Below are positions 9,301-18,600 of a stretch of DNA of 30,629 bases, piece by piece. The stretch is from a virus (lineage: Duplodnaviria; Caudoviricetes): IMG/VR virus record IMGVR_UViG_3300020388_000045, positions 1 through 30,629 of that record, one strand, 5' to 3'. The number at the start of each line of letters is the position of its first letter. Within the stretch, counting starts at the first letter, position 1. The notes beneath the pieces were generated by a model. It did not search any database, was not told the DNA's origin, and saw nothing but the letters and a program-made list of their open reading frames with translations. The translations under genes and the position numbers were made by a program.

Positions 9301-12300
9301 AATGGTGGAAGATTTGCACTGAACACTTCAGACACAAGTCTTTTTGGATATGATATCAATTTCTACAAAGATAATGACTTCCAGTGTAGATATGAATCTA
9401 CTAATATCAAGAGAGACGGAGTAATTGGTGACGGTGTTGCTGGTACACAAATCATAGTTGATATTGATAAAGATCTCTTAAATGATTTCTACTACAGAGT
9501 TGAAGGCGATGATGCAAACTTTACAAGCACATTCCCAACATCTGTAGATGAAACTGTAGATAACTATTCTACCATCACCAAAGTGGAATCTAAGTTCAAC
9601 CAAAACTACAAAATTACAGGAATTGGAGATACTACCTTTACCTTTACTTTAGTTGGCGCTGCAGAAACAACATTATACACTCCTGCAGGGTTTAGCACTG
9701 GATTCTATTCTACCAGTTCAGCAACCGCTATTGGTGGAATTCATTCAGTTAAGGTGGTGAATGATGGTAATAGCATCAAAGAGTTCCCAGCAATTACATC
9801 CATAGGAACTACCACAGGAGTCAATGCAGACCTGAAGATAACAAATACAGATATTGGTGAAGTTACAGATGCATTAGTCACCATTCCTGGTATTGATTTC
9901 TCAGAAGATACAACTATCAAACCAAAAACAGATAGTTCTCTTGTCATAAGATTAAAGAACATCAGAACACTGAAGGGAGTTGGTATTGTTACTGCTGGAA
10001 ATAATTATAATGTTCCACCAAAAGTTATTGCAATTGGAAACGATAGTATCGTCACAAAGACAACACTTGAGGGTGGTTCTATTGGAGATGTTGAAGTTGT
10101 CTCTAGTGATAGTAACCTGAGAGAAGATCTTAGAATTATTGCAACTAATAACTCAAATGGAGTTGGTGTTGTTAATGCCACTTCTGCTTCTGGCGTAAAT
10201 GAAATTTCACTCAAAGCACCACAAACCACTGGTGGATTTGGAGACAACTTCCCATTCGCTGTTGGTGATCAAATTTTTGTAGAAAACATCCAAATCACTA
10301 ATGCTCCTCTTGCAGATGGATACAATTCAAGTGATTACGGTTTCAGAACCTTTGAAGTGACTGCTGTTAATAAGGTTGTTGGTACTGAAAGTGTTAGTTA
10401 CAGAATCACTGGTTTTGGTTTTACCGGTGGAGACTATAACATTGCTCAGAATGCTCAATTTGGTAGAGTGATCAAGGTAACCGATCTGGCAACATTTAAA
10501 CCAGAATTTGATAGTATTCGATTCACAGAAGGAGAAATAGTTGTTGATACTAATGATTCAAACATATTTGGTGTTGTAGCACAAGATGGATGGGATGAAG
10601 AATCAGGTATACTGAGACTGAATGGTGTCAATGGTAAGTTCACCGAATCTACAGTTGTTCGTGGTACTGTAGGTAACTTTAAGGCAACTATTTCTGAAAT
10701 TACTAAGTTCGACTTTGATCTTGAGGTAGGAAGCACTTCAAGAGATGCTGGGGTGTGGAGAGATGATATTGGTAAAATGAACGATACTCTTCAGAGAATT
10801 CATGATAATGATTATTATCAAAGATTCTCATATAGTATCCGTGGTGAAATCCCACTAGAAACTTGGGAAGAAACTGTTGAGAGTTTAGACCATACTGCTG
10901 GATATAAGAACTTCTCAGACTTCCAGATTGTTACGTTCCCACCAAAGAAAGCAAATGTTTCAATTGCGGACACAGCACAATTCAATCTCCTGGTGGACAT
11001 TGAGAACGAAGCATCGGTACATTCAAGAACAAGTTATGACCTTGCTTCTGAAGATACAGAATCAGTAGGACTTTCCAAGATCATCAAATTTGATTCTAAG
11101 GTAATCACTGATTACAACGAATCTAGAACCAATAAGGTTCTGATGATTGATGATATTGGTTCTCAGTTTAATGGTGTTGGAAACTCTGCTGGTCAACTTG
11201 TTGGTCTGAGCACCTTTACCATATTTACTGATGGCAAGACGATGCTTCACCATACAGTCAATCCTGCGACTGGTGTTGGCAGCAGCATAGTCACAATTAC
11301 AGATCATGAATTCAATACTGGTGAAGAACTTGTATACGATCCAACAAATGCTGGTATCAATACTGGTTCTCGTCTGAGTATTGGTTCTACTAGTGTTCCT
11401 GGTATTGGTGTTACTAATCTTCTCCCAGATACGGTATTTGCAGTAAGAGTAACTAAGGACCAGTTCAAAGTTGCTATCAGTACGGCAGACTTAGCACTTG
11501 GAAGATTTGTATCATTTACCAATAGTGTTGGCATTGGTTCAACCCAATCATTCTCTACAGAGGGTGATCTTGCAACCACTAGAAGTATGATCACGATTGA
11601 TAATATCATCCAAAGTCCTATTGCAGTAAAACCAGTAGGTGTTGCCATCACTATGACTGAAGCAGTTGGAATTGGTTCAACTCAGATTACAGTCAGTGAT
11701 TCATCGAAGATTTCAGGAAAGTCCTTGCTGCGATTCGGAGATGGAGAGATTGTTAAGGTTGATCTCGTAAATGCAGGTAACGTCCTTAATGTCCAACGTG
11801 GAGCAATGGGAACAGTTGCTGCTACACATACTGTCGGTTCTGCTAGTAGCGTCGTTACAGGCGATTATAGAATCAAACAGGGTAAGATTTACTTCAGTGA
11901 TGCACCATATGGACCTGCTGGAGTTGTTGGCATAACAACTAGATCAACATTCTCAGGTAGAATTTACTATAGATTGAACTACGATAAGAATATAATTCTT
12001 GATGACATTTCTGAATCTTTCAATGGTACTACTGATCAATTTGCAATGATCAGCAGTGGTGCTGCAGTAACTGGTATTACCACCAGTCATGGTGCAGTTC
12101 TGATTAACAATATCTTCCAGAAACCATTCCTCTCACCAATTGGTTCAATTTTAGTTGCTGATTATAGAATCACCAAATCTGTTGACGGTGAAGATATTGA
12201 CTTTACCGGAACTGGACCGATTGGTGATCTTCCTAGGGGAGGTATTATCAACGAGTTTACAGCAACTTCTGGAACCAATTATACTGTTCCTACTCGTGCT

Positions 12301-14061
12301 ATCGGTGTTGCAGTAGTAAATGGTTCTGGTGTAATTACTGGAGTAACAGTTGGTGTTGGTAGTACCGGTGTTCGTTCCGGTGGTGGCGGTCACTTATTCG
12401 CACCTAATGTCTCGATTGCAGACACATTGGGTGGTGGAACAGGTGCTGCTGTTACTTCAACAGTTGGTGCTGGTGGAACAATCACTGGATTCACTGTTAA
12501 TAGCGGTGGTACTGGATATACCCAAGCAACTCCACCTCTGGTATTCACAGACGAACCTGCACCATATAAAGGTCTTACCCTGACGGGTGGCACTGGTTCT
12601 GGTGCTGAGATGGATGTTGTTGTTGGAACTGGCGGTAGCATCACCAGTTTCAGCATGTCCAAGCGTGGCATTGGATACAAAGAAGGTGATGTTCTTGAGT
12701 TGAGTGGTCTACCATTCGATCCAGTTGGTATTGGTTCTACCAATATGCTGGTAACTGTTGATAACAAGTTCCAGGATAAGTTCTCTGGATGGGCATTTGG
12801 TCAACTTCTTGAATTGGATGACTTTAGTATTCAGTTCAATGGTGCTAAAACTAACTTCCTGATCACCAGGACAGAAGTCACCAAAGAGTTCTATAGTATT
12901 GTTGCTAGAGAAGGTTCCGGTATTATACTCCAGAATAACTTCTTAATCTTCATAAATGATGTTCTCCAAAAACCAGGAGTTGATTATGAATTCAATGGTG
13001 GCACAAGACTTAAGTTCAAAGAAGCACCAAGAGCAGGAAGTAAGTTTAGAATGTACTTCTATACTGGTTCTGAAGATGACTTCCTCAAAGTTGATGTCGA
13101 TGAGACAATCAAACGTGGTGACAGATTGAGACTCCAATATCAAGATCCTTTTGCCAGTCAGGAACAGAGAGTTATCTATGAATTGATTGCCTCTGATACT
13201 GTTGAGACTGAAACTTATACAGGTGTTGGCATCAATACCGATAATTCATTCACAAGACCTGTAGAATGGACCAAACAAACTTCTGATCTTATTATTGATG
13301 GTCGTTCCATCTCAAAAGCAAGAAACTCTCTTGAACCACAATATTATCCATCAACCAATATTATTGCACCTGTTGGTGATACAGATACTTCAATATTTGT
13401 TGAAAATACCTGGTCATTTGAAAAGATTGATAATCTTGGACAAACTCAACAGGATGTCAGACTCGTGGGACTAGCTGCTACAGACGCTAGTATTCCAGTT
13501 GTCGAAACAATCCAGCAAGTTGCATATGAAGGTGACTATGGACTCATTGAAGATATCACAGAGTTTGCCTCTAGTGAATCTGGCGCAATCAACTCATTAG
13601 ACACACTTAAGTTTAAAGTAATTCCATCCCCAGAAATTTTTATTCCCTCAGGACTTTCAGCAGCAAATAAGGTTACAAACACTGGTATTTCTACAGGAGA
13701 TTACTTCGTAGTCAGAAATACCAGAATCGGTACTGGTGTTACTTCAATTGATGGAGATGTATCCACTATCGTTGCAAATGGAGCAGATTTCATTGATAAT
13801 GTTTATCGTGCTGCAAACGTTGTTGCTATTGCTGGAACAGATGCAAAACTTATATCTGCAAATATTCTCTCTGTTGTAGGAGTGAATACTGCCTTACCTG
13901 ATACCTTCAATATTAAAAGATATGGAAACTTCAGTTGGGGTAAAATTATTACAGGATCTAGAAATGGATCATCATTTGTATTCCAACAAGATGATCCACT
14001 TTCTGGCGTTAGTACATCAGCACACGTTTCACGAATTACTGAACTAAAAGCAGAGTACTAA
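3397..14061 (+). CDS. gp7: Giant baseplate wedge initiator gp7-like protein (3554 aa) with many inserted repeat modules
   Basis: Lies between gp6 and gp8. Has an N-terminal QLP.FI....PLF.EFL..YY, the motif RDFYSSKGT..S.KILF..LFG, and the later motif RIHDNDYYQRFSYSI......W.E.V..L.H.AG, as in T4-like gp7. Confidence 0.88.
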   Translation: MSDSKVKISNILESQLPDFILDDNPLFKEFLEQYYLSQEHEYGTIFLAENIDRLKDVDSYVNLKFTATTPTLTKFIANDEDVIEVTNHLGFLPKNGLVKVGEEIFTYTGKTSYAQKVTLIDPTANTIKLTSTVGLDSFRAQSIIFDTSFSNVIAGQTYYITEVIDSNTITISDDPTTLDDVLDLNDSNPLGTTLPTATSFAFTGCVRGFSGIDDVSGEFLNFNNSRTLFHEAGSTLTNLGLVFLAEFFSKYKKMFLPGIEERQFQSVNIDNILSRARDFYSSKGTDTSLKILFTVLFGKFVEVLKPFDNTIQASAANFSQSDVVVIEAIEGNPRNLGETTLLQGSTDNPTAKAIISRVETILLGSKYYHKLFFPKNTIENKFNVSKMTKVLGVGVTNTTLTVDSTIGFPESGSFLNEDNDGLETVTYESKSANQFFNCVGLSTTLVENDSIIDGNFVYGYENNDINKLVTMRVVGTVIGVAENKKDTSQFRKNDMLRVKHLGEKVDEDDVRFNRWFYNNVVLTNVDSVSGTTFTTEVDHYLHKGDKVDILLKNDKSVLEENLDVSDVDNRKTFTVSGNISTTFVNTKDYLIKKKLDFGSDKLNTNGVLANIQNTFVDVDKNAYVAFSGLPGYDNVELTNRSKTFTESDINQSDNKITIADHNFRSGERLYYELTSGATGITTGNYYASVIDSNTIKLAFSRASLNNQIFINLTGIGAASQHRLTPASLFDKSLVNQNNFKRINRKPAAATEHNDIIGSIGVALNGVEFQSPVSKDSIFYGQIDSINVLNPGTGYNVVNPPEIGIANTDGSAGATFVGQFIGKIEDIDLTTPGFNYVETPVVTISGGNGTEATAEARLRGFFYDKSFSDFDGVKLASDVISIPDHRFADHEEVIYSSTGTPIGIGSTAVGFGTDRLTSEAIYFLRKVSATDVQIHVSKADVLAGINTVDINDFGTGTHNFRSRNQRKIVDRIVVTSSTDDFSTRKVVVDGVAWPPTDQKDIYKTFVGINIEKNYIYARNHAFKTGDNVEYSFDGTTIGGLSTSANYKITVLDEDRFLLSEAGTPTAISSVNFDKQSYVDLTSVGAGTHTFQYPAITVNINGIVSAGNTDAVPSYYNATGSPVILGKLDNVFVRNGGVGYGVSNVMNYKRDVEVKVETGQGADIKAIVVNGKIVSAYVASEGKEYTSPPSINVIGTGKLAKLTANISNGAITSINVIDGGSGYAQNTRIEVIPAGINAQLSPEIHEWAFNDVERYKVALQLDNPAILKKDRLNREMVQIHSGTPLKETKVVSFYPGVHYRGILKDNLNSNGEEITTGFAHSPIVGWAYDGNPIYGPYGFANAVFDGANTGGTKVMLSSYELDTESSATLRPTGFGAGFFIQDYVYKATGDLDEYNGRFCKTDEFPEGTYAYFSTIDNAETFSSIIGLAYPYITKSHYNQTDAFNYNSIHSQSDAIVDTGDYKRNVTHLGLNDPSREYVFLNDAMSSDVKVIIQDIKPSRVGSIDVLNSGSDYKVGEQVNFNEESIDAEIAEVQGKDIVSIATSDTTLKNTIFSVKGNVVTGVTTIPHNFVDGDTVEITGIGSAIYKNLEGFVSVGVATVVTNTTVAIGQTTATGITTTISLNASTFTNKFAVNDIIRVGDELMRIVGVDNVNNNYKVTRSINNSSGSNHSTNAIVKLQPQIFRFNINQKLENKNIQIGYQQNFAKSAVGIGSTYFSSIVGTAGSSNITVSIPDRAIFVPGHEFNTGDKLDIVSVGGTIRAATTHALSPNFDISTTDLFAVKISTDFIGLATSKAFVGINSTLFFVDASTGDNHTLVQIKENLTGTVRKVFADVGVATAHGLQFGDKVTFGITPNAVQQFVLKFNSDLNKLVVDPKTFAPTGITITTTSNIVSVNHGLNTGDLVVYTNAVGVATPLQSSREYYAIKIDEDTFRLAETRVDALEFPFQNITITEQGHGTHEIAKVNPKIEVINGGRFALNTSDTSLFGYDINFYKDNDFQCRYESTNIKRDGVIGDGVAGTQIIVDIDKDLLNDFYYRVEGDDANFTSTFPTSVDETVDNYSTITKVESKFNQNYKITGIGDTTFTFTLVGAAETTLYTPAGFSTGFYSTSSATAIGGIHSVKVVNDGNSIKEFPAITSIGTTTGVNADLKITNTDIGEVTDALVTIPGIDFSEDTTIKPKTDSSLVIRLKNIRTLKGVGIVTAGNNYNVPPKVIAIGNDSIVTKTTLEGGSIGDVEVVSSDSNLREDLRIIATNNSNGVGVVNATSASGVNEISLKAPQTTGGFGDNFPFAVGDQIFVENIQITNAPLADGYNSSDYGFRTFEVTAVNKVVGTESVSYRITGFGFTGGDYNIAQNAQFGRVIKVTDLATFKPEFDSIRFTEGEIVVDTNDSNIFGVVAQDGWDEESGILRLNGVNGKFTESTVVRGTVGNFKATISEITKFDFDLEVGSTSRDAGVWRDDIGKMNDTLQRIHDNDYYQRFSYSIRGEIPLETWEETVESLDHTAGYKNFSDFQIVTFPPKKANVSIADTAQFNLLVDIENEASVHSRTSYDLASEDTESVGLSKIIKFDSKVITDYNESRTNKVLMIDDIGSQFNGVGNSAGQLVGLSTFTIFTDGKTMLHHTVNPATGVGSSIVTITDHEFNTGEELVYDPTNAGINTGSRLSIGSTSVPGIGVTNLLPDTVFAVRVTKDQFKVAISTADLALGRFVSFTNSVGIGSTQSFSTEGDLATTRSMITIDNIIQSPIAVKPVGVAITMTEAVGIGSTQITVSDSSKISGKSLLRFGDGEIVKVDLVNAGNVLNVQRGAMGTVAATHTVGSASSVVTGDYRIKQGKIYFSDAPYGPAGVVGITTRSTFSGRIYYRLNYDKNIILDDISESFNGTTDQFAMISSGAAVTGITTSHGAVLINNIFQKPFLSPIGSILVADYRITKSVDGEDIDFTGTGPIGDLPRGGIINEFTATSGTNYTVPTRAIGVAVVNGSGVITGVTVGVGSTGVRSGGGGHLFAPNVSIADTLGGGTGAAVTSTVGAGGTITGFTVNSGGTGYTQATPPLVFTDEPAPYKGLTLTGGTGSGAEMDVVVGTGGSITSFSMSKRGIGYKEGDVLELSGLPFDPVGIGSTNMLVTVDNKFQDKFSGWAFGQLLELDDFSIQFNGAKTNFLITRTEVTKEFYSIVAREGSGIILQNNFLIFINDVLQKPGVDYEFNGGTRLKFKEAPRAGSKFRMYFYTGSEDDFLKVDVDETIKRGDRLRLQYQDPFASQEQRVIYELIASDTVETETYTGVGINTDNSFTRPVEWTKQTSDLIIDGRSISKARNSLEPQYYPSTNIIAPVGDTDTSIFVENTWSFEKIDNLGQTQQDVRLVGLAATDASIPVVETIQQVAYEGDYGLIEDITEFASSESGAINSLDTLKFKVIPSPEIFIPSGLSAANKVTNTGISTGDYFVVRNTRIGTGVTSIDGDVSTIVANGADFIDNVYRAANVVAIAGTDAKLISANILSVVGVNTALPDTFNIKRYGNFSWGKIITGSRNGSSFVFQQDDPLSGVSTSAHVSRITELKAEY

Positions 14062-14069
14062 ATTTAGTA
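14056..14069. repeat. Perfect 14-bp palindrome TACTAAATTTAGTA
   Basis: Self-reverse-complementary. Spans the gp7 stop codon and the first two bases of the TATAAATA promoter. Confidence 0.8.
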
Positions 14070-14075
14070 TAAATA
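14068..14075 (+). promoter_or_regulatory. T4 late promoter TATAAATA (gp8 block)
   Basis: Exact consensus, intergenic, 19 nt before the gp8 ATG at 14095. Confidence 0.88.
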
Positions 14076-14094
14076 ATCAAAAAATCGGACAGAC

Positions 14095-15624
14095 ATGCCT
14101 GCCATAATCACTGACCAATTTAGAATTTTGAATGCGGAGACCTTTACCAAGTCCGTGACTGGTATTGGCACGACTTCAAACTTTTATTATACCTTCTTGG
14201 CGCACCCCAATCCCACGAATGTCTCTATTGTAGACTATGGTGATGCTAATTGGACATCTATACCACCAGATCCAAAAGATTCTTTTCAACAAGAGGATAG
14301 ATATGCTGACTCAATGCTGTTCTTGAAAAAAATTGGCATTAATGACTTTGCAAGAATTGTATCAAGGGTCAATTGGGCATCTGGTATAACATATGACATG
14401 TATAAAAATAATTATGATATTACTAATGATGCACCACAGACTAGTGCAAAAACATTATATGAGTCTCGCTTCTATATTGTAAATTCTGAATTTAAAGTTT
14501 ACATCTGCATTAATAATGGATCAAGTCCTGATTTTGTAGATGGAAGACCATCACAGTTTGAACCAACCTTTGTAGACACTGCTCCTCAAGTAGCGGGAGA
14601 TGGTTCTGATGGATATCTTTGGAAGTATCTTTACACAATTACTCCTGCGGATATTGTTAAATTTACTACAGAGAAGTATATGCCAGTCCCCGCAAACTGG
14701 GGAGATGTCAATACTGCAGCAGTGAAGGATGCTGCTGTTCGTGGTCACGTTGAAACAGTTGTAATCAAAAACAGAGGAACTGGATATACATCAGGAACTA
14801 CTACAGATATAGACATTCTTGGTGATGGAAGCGGAGGAAAAGTCTCTATTACTGTAACTGATCAGGAAGTTTCTTCTATTGAAGTTACAGATGGTGGAAA
14901 AGACTATACCAAAGGGTTAATCAACTTTACTGGTGCCGGTGGATCTGGTGCAGAATTTGAAGTTATTATTCCACCAAAGGGAGGTCACGGAGCAGACATC
15001 TATCGTGAGTTGGGCACATATAGAGTAATGATTTACTCTAAGTATGATACTGCCGCTGACTTTGCAGCACAAAATAACTTCTCAAGAATTGGTATTGTAA
15101 GAAATCCAAATGAATTTGGAAGTTCGACATCCATCCTAAATAAAAATACCGCAACCTCGCTCGGTGCATTGAAATTGACAGGTGCTGGAAATACTTCTGA
15201 CACCATTTACAAATTAAATGCTGAAATCAGACAATCAGTCGGTACTGCCGGTTCATTTGCTGTTGGTTATGTTGCTTCTTGGGATAGAGATACTGGAGTC
15301 CTGAGATATTATCAACCAGTTGGTTTTACTACTTTAACGGGTAATAACTTCAAAAACGTTGATTTTGAAAGTAATGGTAATGTGATCAACACTTCTCCAT
15401 CTACTGATGTTGAAGGTAGTCCTTTACAACCTGACACCAACTTTAATGGTTCTAGTGTAACACTCAGCAATAAGGTAGTTGATTTGGGACAAACTTTCGC
15501 TGGTGGTAAAGCAAATCCAGAAGTTGAAAAATTTTCAGGTGATATCATCTACATTGATAACAGAGCACCAGTCGGTAGATCTGAATCCCAAAAAGAAGAA
15601 GTAAAAATCGTAGTAGAGTTCTAA
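14095..15624 (+). CDS. gp8: Baseplate wedge subunit gp8
   Basis: 509 aa. MPAIITDQFRI start, RVNW.SG.TYDMY, YIVNSEFKVYICI.N, DGYLWKYLYTI, RIGIVRNP, and C-terminal SGDIIYIDNR.P..RS..QKEEVKIVVEF. Confidence 0.93.
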   Translation: MPAIITDQFRILNAETFTKSVTGIGTTSNFYYTFLAHPNPTNVSIVDYGDANWTSIPPDPKDSFQQEDRYADSMLFLKKIGINDFARIVSRVNWASGITYDMYKNNYDITNDAPQTSAKTLYESRFYIVNSEFKVYICINNGSSPDFVDGRPSQFEPTFVDTAPQVAGDGSDGYLWKYLYTITPADIVKFTTEKYMPVPANWGDVNTAAVKDAAVRGHVETVVIKNRGTGYTSGTTTDIDILGDGSGGKVSITVTDQEVSSIEVTDGGKDYTKGLINFTGAGGSGAEFEVIIPPKGGHGADIYRELGTYRVMIYSKYDTAADFAAQNNFSRIGIVRNPNEFGSSTSILNKNTATSLGALKLTGAGNTSDTIYKLNAEIRQSVGTAGSFAVGYVASWDRDTGVLRYYQPVGFTTLTGNNFKNVDFESNGNVINTSPSTDVEGSPLQPDTNFNGSSVTLSNKVVDLGQTFAGGKANPEVEKFSGDIIYIDNRAPVGRSESQKEEVKIVVEF

Positions 15625-15628
15625 GAAC

Positions 15629-18600
15629 ATGACCCAGAACACCAATCTCAATGTATCGCCTTATTTTGACGATTTTGATGAGGATAAGAATTATAATAAG
15701 GTATTGTTCAAACCTGGATTTCCAATTCAATCTAGGGAACTAACTACGTTACAATCTATCCTACAAGGACAGATTGAAAAGTTTGGACAGCACTTCTTTA
15801 AAGAAGGATCAATGATTGTCCCTGGCGGCATATTCTACGATTCGGTTTATCCTGCAGTTAAGATTGATCCTACTTTCTTAGAAGTTCCTGTTTCTGCATA
15901 TACTGCATATCTTAAAGATAATAATATTGAGATCCAAGGTGAGACTTCTGGTGTTAAAGCAACTGTTGTCAATTGCCTTTCAAGCACCGAATCAATTGAT
16001 AATGTAGACACTCTTTATGTCAAGTATACATCTTCTGGAATTAATGGTGCATCAACTAAATTTACAGATGGTGAGACTCTGATTACATTAGAAGATATTA
16101 ACTATTCTTCTACTACTATTACTGCAAATAATCCATTTGCAAGAGCAATTGTATCCGAAGCAACAAAGATTGGTTCTTCTGCTTCAATTAATGAGGGAGT
16201 TTTCTTCGTTAGAGGATACTTTGTAAAAGTGTCTCCAGCGACTGTAATCCTGGATCAATATACAAATAGACCCAATTATAAGGTTGGTCTTCAAATTTCA
16301 GAAGATATCATAACTGCTTCTTCTGTAAATCCAGACTTGTTTGACAATGCCAAGGGATTCTCAAACGAATCTGCTCCTGGTGCAGACAGACTTAGATTGT
16401 CCGCAACTCTGGTCAAGAAAACACTCAAAGACAACAACGATGCCAATTTCGTAGAATTGTTGCGTGTTGAAGATGGTGTTGTTCAGAGGTTAGTCAATAG
16501 AACTGATTATAATATTTTTAAAGACGAACTTGCAAGAAGAACTTTTGACGAATCTGGTGATTATTACGTCAAGAAATTCGCTATTGATATTAGAGAAACT
16601 TTAAATGATAGACTTGGCAATAAGGGCATCTATGCTCCAGGTCAATTAACTCAGAGAGGTAATACACCTTCTGATGACCTCCTCACCCTTCAGATATCCT
16701 CCGGTAAGGCATATGTAAAAGGATACGAAGTTGAGAAAGTTAGTTCAACTTCACTTGATAGTTCCAAACCAAGAACTACTAAGAAGAAAGAAAATATCAG
16801 TGTTCCAGTTAAAATTGGAAACAATGTCCAGGTAGAGAACCTGAGAGGTTCACCAGTCATTGGATTCGGTAATAATAGTGTAGTAGATCTCAGGGATCGT
16901 AGACTTGCCCAAGATGGAACTGTTGATGGCGCATCAGCGGTTGTTGGTAATGCTAGGGTTTATGATTTCAATAAGAAAAATATAGCGGGTATTGGTACAG
17001 AGAGATTTGATTTAAGACTTTATGATATTCAAACTTTCACCACTATAACACTCGGACTTGCAGTTACTGCTGGAAATGCAGCACACGTTAAAGGTGTATT
17101 CAGTGGAGCAACTGGTCACCTTAAAGATGCAGTTACAAATGCAACTGTTCTTAATCTATTAGACGTAACTGGTCAATTCCAAATCAACGAACCAATTGAA
17201 ATCAATGGACTTGCTGTAGGTAGAAATATCACAGCAGTCAGGGATAATGATATCCGTGATGTCAAGTCTATCAGTGCAACAGGTTTTGCTTGCAACGTTG
17301 CAATGCAACAGAACACTAATCTTATCGAACCTGGTTCAGCATTCCAGATTGGTATAGATGCAGGTTCTGGTAGTGCTGTAACTTCACCATCTGTTGGAGA
17401 CTTCAGAAACGTTCCTGTAAGAGTTAATGATATTGTTTCATTTACTATCCCAGGTCAAACTCTGCCCACATTCAACAGAGTAAGTGCAGTTACTGCTAGT
17501 TCACTCACATTAGTTGGTGTAAGCACGGTAGTTGGTGTGAATACTGGTGGTACAGTAAAGGCTGCCAATGGTGGTGCTCTTGATAATGTCCAAAACCTTA
17601 ATGTCACTCAAGGTTTTATTGAAAAAGGAAATGCTCCAGGGAAAATAATTAAACTTCCCAATACTTCTATTGCGTCTATTAATCTTCTTGATAGTAGTTA
17701 CATTGTAAGAAAGCAAAGAACTCTTAATGTTACTGCAACTACACTTACATTCAATATAAATGATCTTGGTGATGATACTCTATTCTTAGAACCATATAAT
17801 CAAGAAAATTATAGTTTGACCTTTGCAAATGGTCATAAGGAAATTATTCTTCCATCTCAGGTTACAATTTCCTCCACTCTTAAAGAAATTCAGATTACAG
17901 GTCTTAGTCAGACTGGTAATAATGCAGTTCTTACTATTACTTGTAGAAGAAGCACTCTCACCTCTAAATCAAAGAGCATCACGAGATGTGCTGATTTAAT
18001 TGTATCAAGATCCAAAATTCAAGGTGCTGGTGCTGGTGCTACAACGTTCGGTGATGGACTGACATTCTCAGAAGCGTTCCCATATGGAACAAGAGTCCAG
18101 GACGAAAGCATTTCACTGAATGTTCCAGATGTTACTAGAATTCTTGCTATATTTGAATCCAATGATGACCAAGATCCGACTCTCCCACAACTTATTGGTT
18201 CTGCTCAAAGTGACACATTCTCCAATAATGTAACTATTGGGGAACAAATTGTCGGTGCAGAATCGGGTGCAGTTGCTCGTGTTGTCAGTGTTGACAGTGG
18301 CAATCGACTTAGTTTTGTATATGAAAATGATAGAACTTTTGAGTTACTAGAAACAATTTCACTACAAAGTTCTTCAATCACTGCAAATATTAACACACTT
18401 GTTGTTGGCGATAGAAATGTAAGTTATGACTACAGTCTAGATGCTGGACAAAGACAAGAGTTCTGTGATATTTCAAGGATTAATAGAAATTCAGATGCTG
18501 CTGAACCAACTAGAAAACTCAGAATTGTCTTCGATCATCTTACTACAGATGAGGGAACAGGAACAGTAGAATCTGTAAACAGTTATAATAGTCTTAACTT

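Noticed and set aside
18022-18040. GGTGCT tandem run and similar short runs in Gly/Ser-rich regions
   Set aside because: Only about three units, explained by Gly-Ala codons. Not a VNTR or CRISPR.
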